Position numbers and translations under genes: made by a program
Notes under the pieces: generated by a model
What the model saw: only the letters and a program-made list of their open reading frames with translations
Databases searched by the model: none
What the model was told of the DNA's origin: nothing
Part shown: piece by piece, positions 29,051 through 39,015 of the stretch
Layout of the letters: each line of letters starts with the position of its first letter
How positions within the stretch are numbered: position 1 is the stretch's first letter
Assembly (NCBI GenBank): GCA_963726695.1
Contig: CAVSDE010000002.1
Span: forward strand, 2,003 to 66,002
Length of the DNA stretch: 64,000 nucleotides
Source of the DNA: an uncultured Acidimicrobiales bacterium
GTDB taxonomy: Bacteria; Actinomycetota; Acidimicrobiia; Acidimicrobiales; DATKAS01
Direction of reading: 5' to 3'

Positions 29051-29813
29051 GTGAGCACCAGACGTCGGGGCCATACGGCCCCCAAGGGCTACGACCCGAG
29101 CGAGCACCCGCAGTTCGCAGTGACGGTCGACGTCGTGATCCTGACGATCGTCGACGAGCAGCTGCAGGTGGTCTTAGTGAGGCGCCGTGACGATCCCTAC
29201 AGGGGGATGTGGGCGTTGCCCGGTGGGTTCAAACGGCCCGACGAGACCCTCAAGGACGCTGCTTCGCGTGAGCTGCCGAGAGGAGACCGGCGTCGAGGCG
29301 GCCGACTACTTGAGCGAGTTCGGCGCCTACGGCGACCCGGGGCGCGATCCGCGGATGAACGTGGTGACCATCGGCTTCCTGGCCGTGCTGCGCGATGTCG
29401 GTCAGCTCGAGGGCGGGAGCGACGCGGCCGAAGCGAGGTTGGTTCCCGTCGCCGAAGCGATCAGCGGCGACGACGAGCTTGCTTTCGACCACGCACAGAT
29501 CTTGCGAGACGCAGTCGAGCGCGCTCGCCGCGACCTCGAGACGACGAGCCTGGCGAAGGCGTTCGTCGGACCGACCTTCACTCTGAAGAGCCTGCGCAAC
29601 GTCTTCGAAGCGGTATGGGAGACCGAGCTCGACGCGGCGAACTTCCATCGCACGATGACGCGGTCGCCAGGACTCGTGAAGCCGTTGGGTACTCACGTCG
29701 CGCCAAGCCGGATCGGCGGGAAGCCCGCGCAGCAGTTCGAGTTCGGCGAAGACTTCCGCGCCGCACCGATGCGGCGGCCGCCAGAGGAGTCGACGGACGA
29801 GGGCGATAAATGA
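29051..29813 (+). CDS. Nudix hydrolase domain plus C-terminal winged-helix (NrtR-like ADP-ribose-responsive regulator), one frameshift near 29275
   Basis: The Nudix box GGFKRPDETLKDAASRELREETGV is restored by joining ORF 29051..29809 to ORF 29187..29813. The C-terminal part (FTLKSLRNVFEAVWE..ANFHR) is NrtR-like. Confidence 0.75.
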
Positions 29814-29829
29814 CTGAGGAGCCTCGGGC

Positions 29830-31230
29830 CTAGCCCGTCGCTTCCTCCAGCGCGTCCCACGCCTCGGCGAGGCACTCCCGATAGAACGCGGGGTCGGGCA
29901 TCATCTCGCGGCAGGCGGTGAACGCCGAGCACGAGCTCGTCGCAGTAGCTGGTGATCACGTTGATCAGGCCCATGCCGTCGACGACGGGGCCACCGCCCC
30001 ACGACGAGACCATCTTCGCCCCGGCGAAGTACAACGGCTGCCGCGCTCCCGGAACGTTCGTACACGTCGTGTTCGCGGCCGCCGGCGCATGCGCGCGCGA
30101 AACGCGAGGAGAGGCGCATGCCGATGCCGACGAGCCCGCCGGGGATGAACTGGCTCAGCTCACTGAGCGACCGAGCATCGGATGCCTCCGCGAACTCCTT
30201 CGACGCGTGGCTCGCGGACTTCACGAACTTCAGGCGCTCGAGCGGATCCGCGATCTGCGTGCCCAGCGGAACGACCATCGCCGACACCTGATTGCCTCCG
30301 GCCTTCGCTTCCTCCGCTGAGCGCAACGAGATGGGGCACATCGCGAGAAGCGACGCGTCGGGCAGCTCGCCCTTCGCCGTGAGGTACGTGCGGAGGCCAC
30401 CGCCGTAGACGGTGAGCACGACGTCGTTGATCGTCGCTCCTGTCACCTCCGACTTGATCGCCTTCGCCGACGAGATCGTCGTTCTGAACGCGTCCATCAC
30501 CCGATGCGGCGTGACCGGTCCGTTGAACCGCGTGCGTGGCGCCGTCTCCGGACGCTGCCGCGTCGCGGCCGCCCGACCCATCCCCGGCACGACCCGTCCC
30601 ATCACGCGGGCGAAGTGCGCGGGCCGCGTCAGGTTGTTCAGTCCCGAGCGTGACAACAGCTCCGCGTTCGAGGGCACGCTCTCCGGAACCCACGGCTCCG
30701 CGGGCGGAGGCGGCGGATCGGCATCGGGCGTCTGATCGTGGATCGCGGTGATCATCTCGACGCCGGCCATCCCGTCGATCGCCGCGTGGTGGACCTTCAG
30801 CACGACCCCGAAGCTGCCCTTCGGCAAGCCATCGATGCCGTCGAGCCCCTCGATGACGTACATCTCCCAGAGCGGGCCTCGACAAGTCCAGCGGCCGCGC
30901 GTGCAGCCGGGCCGCCTGGATGCAGAACTGGCGCCAGTCCCCCGGCTTCGGGCAGCGCGATGTGGCGCACGTGGTACTCGAGGTCGAACTCGCCGTCCTC
31001 GATCCAGTACGGATGGTCGAGGTCGAACGGACACGCGCACGAGCCTCCTGGCGGAACGCGCGCGCCAGGTGCACCCGCTGCTCGAGGTGGTCGAGGATCC
31101 CCTTGAAGGTCACCTCCCCGCTCCGGGGCCGTCGACTGGTCGTAGACGAGGATGCGACGTCACGTGCGTCGGCGCGTGAGGCGACTCGCTGTACACGAAC
31201 GAGGCGTCCGAGTCCGCTCAGCTGCTGCAT
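29830..31230 (-). pseudogene. Wax ester synthase / diacylglycerol acyltransferase (WS/DGAT), at least 4 frame switches
   Basis: N-terminus MQQLSGL.., active site HHAAIDG (ORF 29901..31040) and C-terminus YFAGAKMVSSWGGGPVVDGMGLINVITSY (ORF 29693..30034). The true stop is TAG at 29830-29832. Confidence 0.8.
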
Positions 31231-31290
31231 GGCGTCCCCTTCCGATCGGAACGGGACGCTACGACCGGTTGACGACCACGTCCATCGCCG

Positions 31291-32880
31291 TCAGCTATAC
31301 GGGCTGGCGGTGGCCTCGGCGACGACGAGCTCGGTGCGCTCCTCGACTTCAGTCGGCTCATCGGGCATGCCCGTGTGCTGCGCGATGTGCCGTGGCAGGA
31401 ACTTCAAGACGAGCAGCGACGCACATGTGGCGAGCACCGCGCCGACGATGGCGACGGTGTGGATGCCTGACACGAATGCGTTCTCCGCGGCCGACGTGAG
31501 CTCGGCAGCCGCCTGCGCAGGCAGCCGCGCCGCGGTCTGCAACGCAGCGCCGAGCGACGCGCTGGCCGCCGCCTTCTCGACCGCGGGAAGCGTCGAGATC
31601 GCGTCCGTGATCCCCGACGCGTAGCGCGAGGCAGCAACGCTGCCGAGCACCGCGACACCGAGCGCCGCGCCGAGCTCACGAGTTGCGTCGTTCATCGCCG
31701 AGCCCGCACCGGCACGCCGCGGCGGGACCGCGGACATGATCGCCGCGGTGAGGGGCGACATGGTCAACGCGATGCCGGTGATGAGCACGAGCATCGTCCC
31801 CAAGACCTGAAAGTAGGCCGTGTCGACTCCGACGAACGCGAAGAGGAGGAAGCCGATCGCGACGAGCCCCATCCCGAACGCGACCGTACGGTTGACGCCG
31901 AAGCGACCGGAGATCCGCGGGGTCATCGGAGCGACGACCATCATCACGGGAGCGATCGGCAGGAACCGCAGCGCGGTGGAGAACGGACTGAAACCGAGGA
32001 TCAGCTGGAAGTACTGCGTGATGAGGAACATCACGCCGAACATCGACAGGAACACAAGCACCATGCCACCGGTCGCCGTGCTGAACGCCGGGTTGCGGAA
32101 GTACTTCATGTCGAGCATGGGCTCGTCGACCCTGCGCTCCCACCACACGAAGAGCGTGAGCGCGATCGCACTCACGACGAACGCGACGATCGGCGTGGCA
32201 CCGGTCCAGCCTCGGTCGGGCGCCTCGATGAGCCCGTAGACGAGGGACGAGATGCCGACGATCGAGAGGAACGCACCGACGAGGTCGAGCGCGGCCTCCT
32301 CTGGATCTTTCGAGCGGGGCACGAAGAAGAGCCCGAGCGCCAATGCGATGAAGATGAGCGGCACGTTCACGAGGAAGACCGATCCGTACCAGAAGTGGCC
32401 GAGCATCCATCCGCTCGCGATCGGGCCGAGGGTGCCCGCTCCGCCGGCGACACCCGCCCAGATCGCGATCGCCTTCGTGCGCTCATGCGCCTCGAACACG
32501 TTCACCAGGATCGAGAGCGTCGACGGCATGATGAACGCCGCACATGCACCCATGAGGGCGCGGGACGCGATGATCTCCCACATCTCTGTCGACGCGGTGG
32601 CGAGCAGCACACCGATCAGGAACCCGATCAGGCCGAGCTGCAACGCACCCTTGCGGCCGAAGCGGTCGCCGATCGCCCCGGCGCTGAACAGCAGGCCTGC
32701 GAACACCAGCGAGTAGGAGGCGACGGCCCACTGCAGCTGCGAAGTCGTCGCGTGGAGCTCCTTCGACAACGTCGGGATGGCGACGTTCAGGGCCGAGTTG
32801 CCGGTCTGGACGATGATCAGGCTCAAGCAGAGGACGCCGAGCGTCCACCAGCGGCGCGCGTGCACGACTGCGGCATCCAT
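31291..32880 (-). CDS. MFS transporter, 14-TMS DHA2 (EmrB/QacA) type
   Basis: The long hydrophobic ORF 31291..32907 has GDRFGRKG and a 14-helix pattern. ATG 32880 (MDAAVVHARRWW) is preferred over the TTG at 32907. Confidence 0.85.
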   Translation of the reverse strand: MDAAVVHARRWWTLGVLCLSLIIVQTGNSALNVAIPTLSKELHATTSQLQWAVASYSLVFAGLLFSAGAIGDRFGRKGALQLGLIGFLIGVLLATASTEMWEIIASRALMGACAAFIMPSTLSILVNVFEAHERTKAIAIWAGVAGGAGTLGPIASGWMLGHFWYGSVFLVNVPLIFIALALGLFFVPRSKDPEEAALDLVGAFLSIVGISSLVYGLIEAPDRGWTGATPIVAFVVSAIALTLFVWWERRVDEPMLDMKYFRNPAFSTATGGMVLVFLSMFGVMFLITQYFQLILGFSPFSTALRFLPIAPVMMVVAPMTPRISGRFGVNRTVAFGMGLVAIGFLLFAFVGVDTAYFQVLGTMLVLITGIALTMSPLTAAIMSAVPPRRAGAGSAMNDATRELGAALGVAVLGSVAASRYASGITDAISTLPAVEKAAASASLGAALQTAARLPAQAAAELTSAAENAFVSGIHTVAIVGAVLATCASLLVLKFLPRHIAQHTGMPDEPTEVEERTELVVAEATASPYS

Positions 32881-32914
32881 AGGCGTCCACTTTGCCTGAA
32901 CCGGCAAAATGACA

Positions 32915-32936
32915 CAACATGACGTTTGTCATGTTG
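32915..32936. promoter_or_regulatory. Inverted repeat CAACATGAC-N4-GTCATGTTG, candidate TetR operator
   Basis: Perfect 9-bp arms centred in the MFS/TetR divergent spacer. Confidence 0.45.
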
Positions 32937-32969
32937 CGACAGCACAGGTCCCGATGGGACACTCGTCCT

Positions 32970-33564
32970 ATGTCAGAGGCCGGCCTCAGGGAGCGGAAGC
33001 GGGAGAAGACGCGCGACGCGCTGGTGCGCACCGCGCTGCAGCTCTTCTCGGAGCGGGGCTTCGACCACGTGACGGTCGAGGAGATCGCCGCCGGCTACGA
33101 CCTCTCGGCCCGCACGTTCTTCCGCTACTTCGCGTCGAAGGAGGATGTCCTTTTCTCCGAGGGCGACCGCCACCGCACGCACCTGATGCAGGCGCTCGCC
33201 GACCAAGACGCCTCGATGGGACCGTTCGCCGCACTCGAGACTGCGCTGCGACTCGTCGCCGCGGACTACGCGGCAGGAACGCGACCTCCTGCGGATGCGC
33301 CACCAGATCGTCGCATCGACGCCCTCGCTGTCGACCCGCGCCGCAGAGCGCAAGCAGGGTTGGGAAGCAGAGGTCACCGACCAGCTCCGGGCTTCCGGAC
33401 GCGCTCGGGGGATGAGCGACGTCGATCTCCGCCTCGTCGTCGCGGCCACGACGACAGCTCTCCAAGTCGCGATCGAGGCGTGGGTCGTGAGCGACGACGA
33501 TGCCGATCTCGACCCCCTCCTCGACGCAGTGTTCGAGCGCCTGCGCACCGGTCTGGGTCGCTGA
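32970..33564 (+). CDS. TetR family transcriptional regulator, one frameshift near 33290
   Basis: HTH RDALVRTALQLFSERGFDHVTVEEIAAGYDLSARTFFRYF in ORF 32919..34319 and the C-terminal part in ORF 33295..33564. Confidence 0.85.
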
Positions 33565-34319
33565 TGGACCTCGGGCTGGAGGGCAAGAAGGCGATCGTCA
33601 CCGGCGGCAGTCGCGGCATCGGGAAGGCGATCGCCCGACAGCTCGCGTGGGAGGGCGTCGACGTCGGGCTCGCCGCCCGCGACGCCGAGCGCCTCGATGC
33701 GGCGGCGGCCGAGCTGTCCGCGGAGACGGGCCGACGGATCGTGCCGCGCTCCTGTGACACGGGCGACGACGAGTCGGTGCGATCGATGGTCACTGGCCTC
33801 GCGGCGACGCTCGGTGGCATCGACATCCTGGTGAATGCGGCCGCGATGCCGGGAGGCGTGGTCGCCCCGCCGAAGCTCGCCGAGATCACCACCGATGCGC
33901 TGTGGAGCGAGATCAACACCAAGGTGATGGGCTACCTCCGATGTGCGCGTGAGGTGGCGCCGTTCATGATCGAGAACGGATGGGGACGCATCGTCAACAT
34001 CAGCGGGTTGGCCGCGCGCCAGTCCGGGTCGACGCTCGGTTCCATTCGCAACGTGGCCGTCGCTGCGATGACGAAGAACCTCGCGGACGAGCTCGGTCCG
34101 CATGGCATCAACGTCACCGTCGTCCATCCGGGCATCACCCGCACCGAGCGCACGACCGACGAGGCCGCGGCGCGGGCGACGGGCAACACGATCGGCCGCA
34201 TCGTCGATGCCGAGGAAGTCGCGTACGTGGTCGCGTTCTTGGCATCGCCGAAGAGTGCTGCGATCACCGGCGACGCGATCGCGTGCGGAGGCGGCGCTTC
34301 CCGAGCCATCCACTACTAA
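33564..34319 (+). CDS. Short-chain dehydrogenase/reductase (SDR)
   Basis: ATG overlaps the TetR TGA. Motifs TGGSRGIGKA, NAAA and a catalytic region. 251 aa. Confidence 0.9.
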   Translation: MDLGLEGKKAIVTGGSRGIGKAIARQLAWEGVDVGLAARDAERLDAAAAELSAETGRRIVPRSCDTGDDESVRSMVTGLAATLGGIDILVNAAAMPGGVVAPPKLAEITTDALWSEINTKVMGYLRCAREVAPFMIENGWGRIVNISGLAARQSGSTLGSIRNVAVAAMTKNLADELGPHGINVTVVHPGITRTERTTDEAAARATGNTIGRIVDAEEVAYVVAFLASPKSAAITGDAIACGGGASRAIHY

Positions 34320-35298
34320 GCGCGACGGCGAAGCGCTCGAAGGGCTCGAATCCGGCTGACGTACAGAGACTCGAGCATCGACACGAGCTCGGCCGGACGC
34401 TCAGCCTCCTCCCACGTCGGGTATTCGACCGCCCAACCGTCACGCTTCAGCCACATGTCCCTCGCCTTGTCCGCGCGCTCGCGGCTGGGGGTGCCAGGCC
34501 ATCGCCGGCTTGTCGCTTCGACGGCGAGCATCGCTTCGGGCCAGGCCAGGTCGAGTCGAGCCCTCCGGGTGCCGTTCGTCTCTCGCACCCAGAGCTGGCG
34601 CGGTGGAGGTGGCAGCACCGTGCTGGTGAGCACGCGCTCGACGATGCGCTCGAACCAGGAATCCGGGAGCGCTCCGGCGTGATCCAGGCGTGCGAGCACT
34701 CGACGCAGCGACGCGGTGCCACTCGGCCCGGGACGGTCGACGCGGTCGAGCGTCTCCCGGATCCACCTCTCGCTCACGCCAGATCTGAGGGCACTGTCCA
34801 AGGCCTGCTCGACCCGGTCGTCGGACACCACGGCGCCGAGGTCACACAGCGTGCGCGCCACATTCGTGCACGGGATGCCGTCGACGAGCGTGTGATCGCG
34901 CGGATCCCACGCCCCGTCACGATGGACCGTCACGCCCGACATCTGTGGGTGTCGCGCCGCCTGCACTGTGATCTCCACCTCCCGCTCGGGGAAGCCATCG
35001 AAGCCGTGGAGCGCCGCCGCGGCGCGATGCGAGGCCACGACGTCGCCGGGCCGAATGAGCGTCGGGATCATCAGCCGCTGACGCCACGTTCGCGGCGCAC
35101 CCGCGAGAACAAGTACACCCGACACGGGCTCGAGCCACGCCCGCCATCGTTTCGCGCGTCGATGACCTCGTGCGAGATCCCCATCTCGGCGGCCTGCCGT
35201 CTGCCGAAGGCGCTGTGCTGCGAGGCCGCGAGCGCAGCCACAGCGCCATCGGCGCGTGCTGCTCGCATTGAACGGACCATACGAGGGGGGTGCGACAT
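34316..35298 (-). CDS. DUF559 / AbiEi-N-like domain protein, one frameshift near 35090
   Basis: N-terminus (ALAASQHSAFGRRQAAEMGISHEVIDAR) in ORF 35071..35391 and the remainder (VVASHRAAAALHGFDGFP.., C-terminal DUF559-like) in ORF 34316..35326. Confidence 0.6.
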
Positions 35299-35356
35299 TC
35301 CCGGGGACTTGACCCTGCGGCCCCACAATCCCCGGGCGCCACGGTCAAGTCGACCG

Positions 35357-36260
35357 CTAGGTGGGCGAGCCCACCTCCTCGAGTCGGACATCGCCGTCCA
35401 CGATCAGACGGAAGCGACCGCGACCGGTCTTCTCCAGTCGGATGCGCGCGTCGCGCTCGTCGAGGCGGCGCTTCAACAAGATGAGTCGAGTGTCGAGGTT
35501 GTCGCGGAAGCCGGGCAGCTCGAGCCGCGGATCGAGGCGGATCTCCTTGTTCGTGAAGTCGACGCGACCCGACGCACTGTGCTGCTCGAGCAACGACCAC
35601 AGGATGCGGCCCGCCACACCCCGGATGAGGTAGTCGCCGTCCAGGAACGTGCTCCCGTCGACGGGGAAGTACCGCACGACGGTCGCGCTCCCCACGGGAA
35701 CGGAGGGCGTCGCCGCGGAGGCCGCCTGCCGCGGCAGGCGCTTCCTTCTCGCGTGACCGGTCGATCTCGATCGCGCTCGCGACGAAGGACGCGACCACGC
35801 CGAGCAACATCTCGTCTTCGCCGTCGAAGGCCACCGCTCGGTTCGATTCGACCATCAACACCCCGGCCAGCTCGCCGAGCGACACGCACGGCACGGCGAG
35901 TCGGCTCTCGGTGCCGTACAGATCGGGAAGCGGGATCTCCCGTCCCGGCCCCACTCCCTCATCCTCGAACGACCGCCGCACCGCGCTCGAGTACTTGCGC
36001 ATCTGGCGGAGGTTGCCGATGCGGATCGGAGTCGACCGAGCCGCTGCCATCCCGGCCGTGCCTTCCCCGACAGGCACCTCGGATCCGACACCCTGGGTGT
36101 CGTATCCGTGCGACGCGATGGTGAAGAGACGCCCGCCATCTTCGTCGAGGAGCATCAGCACCGAGTGCGTGTAGCCCAACAGCTCGGCGAGCCCGTCAAC
36201 GGTCGCGCCCACGAGCGTGTCGAGATCTGGGCAACGGCTGAGCCGCGGCGACGAGCTCAC
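35357..36260 (-). CDS. GAF domain plus OmpR/PhoB-type winged-helix regulator, one frameshift near 35700; possibly continuous with 36196..36732
   Basis: GAF part in ORF 34917..36260 (LLGYTHSVLMLLDEDGGRLFTIASHGY). C-terminal ILWSLLEQHSASGRVDFTNKEIRLD..LDTRLILLKRRL..GRGRFRL in ORF 35357..35695. Confidence 0.7.
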
Positions 36261-36732
36261 CGAGCGCCGCGGGGCGCGCCTGCGACCCGCGCTTCTCGTG
36301 TGAGCTGAACGCTTCGAGGTTGACTCGTTCGACGTCGAGCACCCGGAAGATGTCCGCGGCCCGGAGCTTGAACACGCCCTGCATCCCGTGAAAGGCGGCG
36401 GCCTCGTCGACGTCTTCGCGCAGCTTCTGAAAGATCGGGCCTTTGCGCACCGTACGTTCGAACTCGATCGTGAGCCGGTACTCGTCGTAGGTCGTGGGGT
36501 CGATGAGCATCATCGACGCCCGCGGATGCTCGGCGAGGTTGCGCACCGTCTTGGAGAAGAACTGGTTCGACAGGACGATGTGCTCGTCGTCGACGTAGCG
36601 CACCCGCGACAAGTAGGTGACGTTCGGCTCGCCGGTCGCCGATGTCGTCGCGAGCACGGCGGGAACCGCACCCTCGAAGCAGACCTGCAGGCTGACGAGC
36701 GGGATGTCGACGTCGTCGGTCACGTCAGACAT
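36196..36732 (-). CDS. Pyridoxamine 5'-phosphate oxidase-like (split-barrel flavin/F420-binding) protein
   Basis: VPAVLATTSATGEPNVTYLSRVRYVDDEHIVLSNQFFSKT. Its 3' end overlaps the GAF ORF in another frame, so a single-base change would fuse them. Confidence 0.6.
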   Translation of the reverse strand: MSDVTDDVDIPLVSLQVCFEGAVPAVLATTSATGEPNVTYLSRVRYVDDEHIVLSNQFFSKTVRNLAEHPRASMMLIDPTTYDEYRLTIEFERTVRKGPIFQKLREDVDEAAAFHGMQGVFKLRAADIFRVLDVERVNLEAFSSHEKRGSQARPAALGELVAAAQPLPRSRHARGRDR

Positions 36733-37181
36733 GACCCCGCTCGCGGTCCTGGGGTCTGGTCATACAGCTCATCGACCTGGACGGTGAGCGCGAGGACCTC
36801 GGCCGGTGTCATCCGATCCAACAGGTCACGGGGCACGTGGTCGGACGCTTCGACATCGCTGTAGAAGGCAGCCGTGTACCGCACCAACTTCAAGGCGTCC
36901 GTCTCGTTTCCCTGCTCAGCCGCTACGACGGAGCCCTTCATCTGGATCGAGTGCAACGTCGGCACGTCGGTGCTGGTGATCGCGATGCGTCCAGACGTGA
37001 CGACGTCAGGCGTGGCGAGCAGGCGGATGCGCACCGGCTCGTCGGCCGAGATCACCGTCAACCCCCACGCACGCGAGGCGTACGGCTCGCCGTCGGCGTC
37101 GAGTGTGCACACGATGAGCGCACAGCCTCCTTGAAGGAACTGAACCAACTCGTCGTCGAGCACTAAGCGAGTTCTTAGCAT
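36720..37181 (-). CDS. Pyridoxamine 5'-phosphate oxidase-like protein (second copy)
   Basis: The start is taken at MLRTRLVLDDELVQFLQGGCALIVCTLDADGEPYASRAWG. The upstream part of ORF 36720..37439 lies in a lower-GC spacer. Confidence 0.55.
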   Translation of the reverse strand: MLRTRLVLDDELVQFLQGGCALIVCTLDADGEPYASRAWGLTVISADEPVRIRLLATPDVVTSGRIAITSTDVPTLHSIQMKGSVVAAEQGNETDALKLVRYTAAFYSDVEASDHVPRDLLDRMTPAEVLALTVQVDELYDQTPGPRAGSCLT

Positions 37182-37268
37182 TCGGTTACGAGCCTTTTGG
37201 GAGCCCCGATCCTGAAGATCCCGGACCATGTCCCCAACGAACAGAGACACGAGCAAAGGGGACTTCCG

Positions 37269-37976
37269 ATGACCGCAGTCGATGCACCGATCAAGGCTCT
37301 CGAGGCAGTGACGTTCAGCCTGTACCGCGATGTCCACAAGGGCATCCGCAAGAACCTCTTCACCCTCGTCGAGCGGGCCGGCTCCGCGGATCCGTCGGTG
37401 CGGAAGGCTCGCGCTCGAGCTGGCCGATGAGCTCGGCAAGACGATCTACCTGCTGACACTGCACGCCCATCACGAGGACGGGTCGATCGGCCCGGTGCTC
37501 GAGCGGGAGGCGCCGGATCTGGCCGCGGAGATCGTCAGCGACCACGAGAGGCTCGACTCGCGGCTCGTCGACCTGCAGGCCATGGCGAGCGAGCTGGTTG
37601 ACGCTCCCGCAGGCGTCCAGCGGGAGGCCATGTACCGCGCTCTACGTCGAGCTCGCGGCGTTCACGAGCTCGTACCTCGCCCACCAGGACCTCGAGGAGC
37701 GAGTCGTGATGCCCGCCATCGAGACAGGCGGTCGGCGTGGAAGCCGTCATCGGCATCCATGGTCAGATCCTCGGGACGCTGACACCCGAGCAATCTGCGA
37801 TGTCCCTCTCGTTGATGCTGCCCGCGATGAACATCGACGACCGCTCGGAGCTGCTCGGCGGAATGCGCGCGCACGCACCGGCCGAGGTGTTCGAAGGCGT
37901 GTGGGGCCTGACTGGCTCGGTCCTCACGGTCCCCGACCTCCGCGACCTCGGCAAGCGCCTGCAGATCGCGGCCTGA
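37269..37976 (+). pseudogene. Hemerythrin-like (HHE cation-binding) domain protein, 3 frame switches
   Basis: Pieces in ORFs 37197..37430, 37330..37782, 37598..38044 and 37737..37976. His/Glu motifs LHAHHEDGS, SDHERLD, YLAHQDLEERVVMP. aaagggga precedes ATG 37269. Confidence 0.7.
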
Positions 37977-37979
37977 ACC

Positions 37980-38527
37980 TCAGGCGCGCCGGCCGAGGAA
38001 GGCGAGCAGCTTCGTCTGTTCGTCGGCCTCGGCCGGCACTTTGATCTCCGGGCCGAACGCCTGGGGACCGCGCATCTTGTCGGCAAGCGGCGCCATCGCC
38101 TCGCGCACATCGGCCAGATCCTTCGAGTCGATGTGATCGTCGAGGCCGGCGGCACGGGCGAGATCCCAGCCGTGCACGATCAGGTCCGTGCAGATGAACT
38201 GGTCGATGCCTTGCTCGAACGTCGCCTTGCCGGCGAAGCCGTCGTACTCCTTCTTCGCGACGGAAGGATCGTCGAGTGCGGCTTGGGTGGCGTCACGAGC
38301 CACTGCCCAAGCGGCAGCCGGATCGTCCTCGACCGACGGCACCTTCGGCGGGTCCTCTTTCGCCATGCCGAAGAACAGTCCTGGTGTCTCAGTCAGATGC
38401 CGGACGACGTCGATCGCCGTCCAGTCTTTGCACGGGCTCTGTGCGTCCCACTTGCCCGGCGGCACCGGTCGATCTTCTCGGTGACTCCCGCGGCCAACCG
38501 CCGGTATCGATCGCTGATCGCAGTCAT
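37980..38527 (-). CDS. DinB/MDMPI-N (TIGR03086-like) family protein, one frameshift near 38460
   Basis: MTAISDRYRRLAAGVTEKIDR.. joins ..VPPGKWDAQSPCKDWTAIDVVRHL of ORF 37980..38588. Confidence 0.65.
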
Positions 38528-38697
38528 GGGCGGACCGTACCCGCTCGCTCGTGAGCCCAGCCTGGGTCGCTCGAGCAGCGCGGACCATTCCTACTCACCC
38601 AAAGAACCCGACCAAACCTCCCGGGTCCCCCGGAAGTGTCCATTACGTCGCACAGCGAGTGCAGCGGCGTTGGCGGGAACCACTCGGGCGTCGACCA

Positions 38698-38722
38698 CCC
38701 CGGCCTGGCGGGAGGGCCGGGG
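38698..38722 (-). terminator. Stem-loop CCCCGGCC-N9-GGCCGGGG
   Basis: Perfect 8-bp GC stem about 55 nt downstream of the stop of small ORF 38777..38962, with no U-tract. Confidence 0.35.
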
Positions 38723-38776
38723 CGTTCGACTTTTGTCGCCGCCTCGTTCTGCCCGAGTGGCTCCGGACACGAGGTC

Positions 38777-38962
38777 TCAGCTGCCCGCAAGCCCGCTGGC
38801 CGGGTCGTCGGCCACCGGCTTCCCGCCGTCGAGGTGCACGTCGACCGCCACGGGATCGCCGTCGCCTGACTCCTGCGTGAACGTCACTTGGATGCTCGCT
38901 GCGTCGGACTTCGTCTCGCTGATCAACCATCCTGGCGACGGCGAGATTCCGATGCTCCCCAA
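38777..38962 (-). CDS. Small hypothetical protein (61 aa, TTG start)
   Basis: Strong G/C bias at third positions, balanced composition (GISPSPGWLISETKSDAASIQVTFTQESGDGDPVAVDVHLDGGKPV) and a hairpin downstream. Confidence 0.3.
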   Translation of the reverse strand: MGSIGISPSPGWLISETKSDAASIQVTFTQESGDGDPVAVDVHLDGGKPVADDPASGLAGS

Positions 38963-39015
38963 ACCTTTCGCGGGGGCGCGTCGTGTGAGCGCTATCCGTC
39001 CGATAGGAGGCCAAC

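Noticed and set aside
34316-35298. AbiEi-N/DUF559-like gene considered as a type IV toxin-antitoxin or abortive-infection module.
   Set aside because: No AbiEii-type nucleotidyltransferase or other toxin partner is adjacent. It is flanked convergently by an SDR gene and by the GAF regulator.
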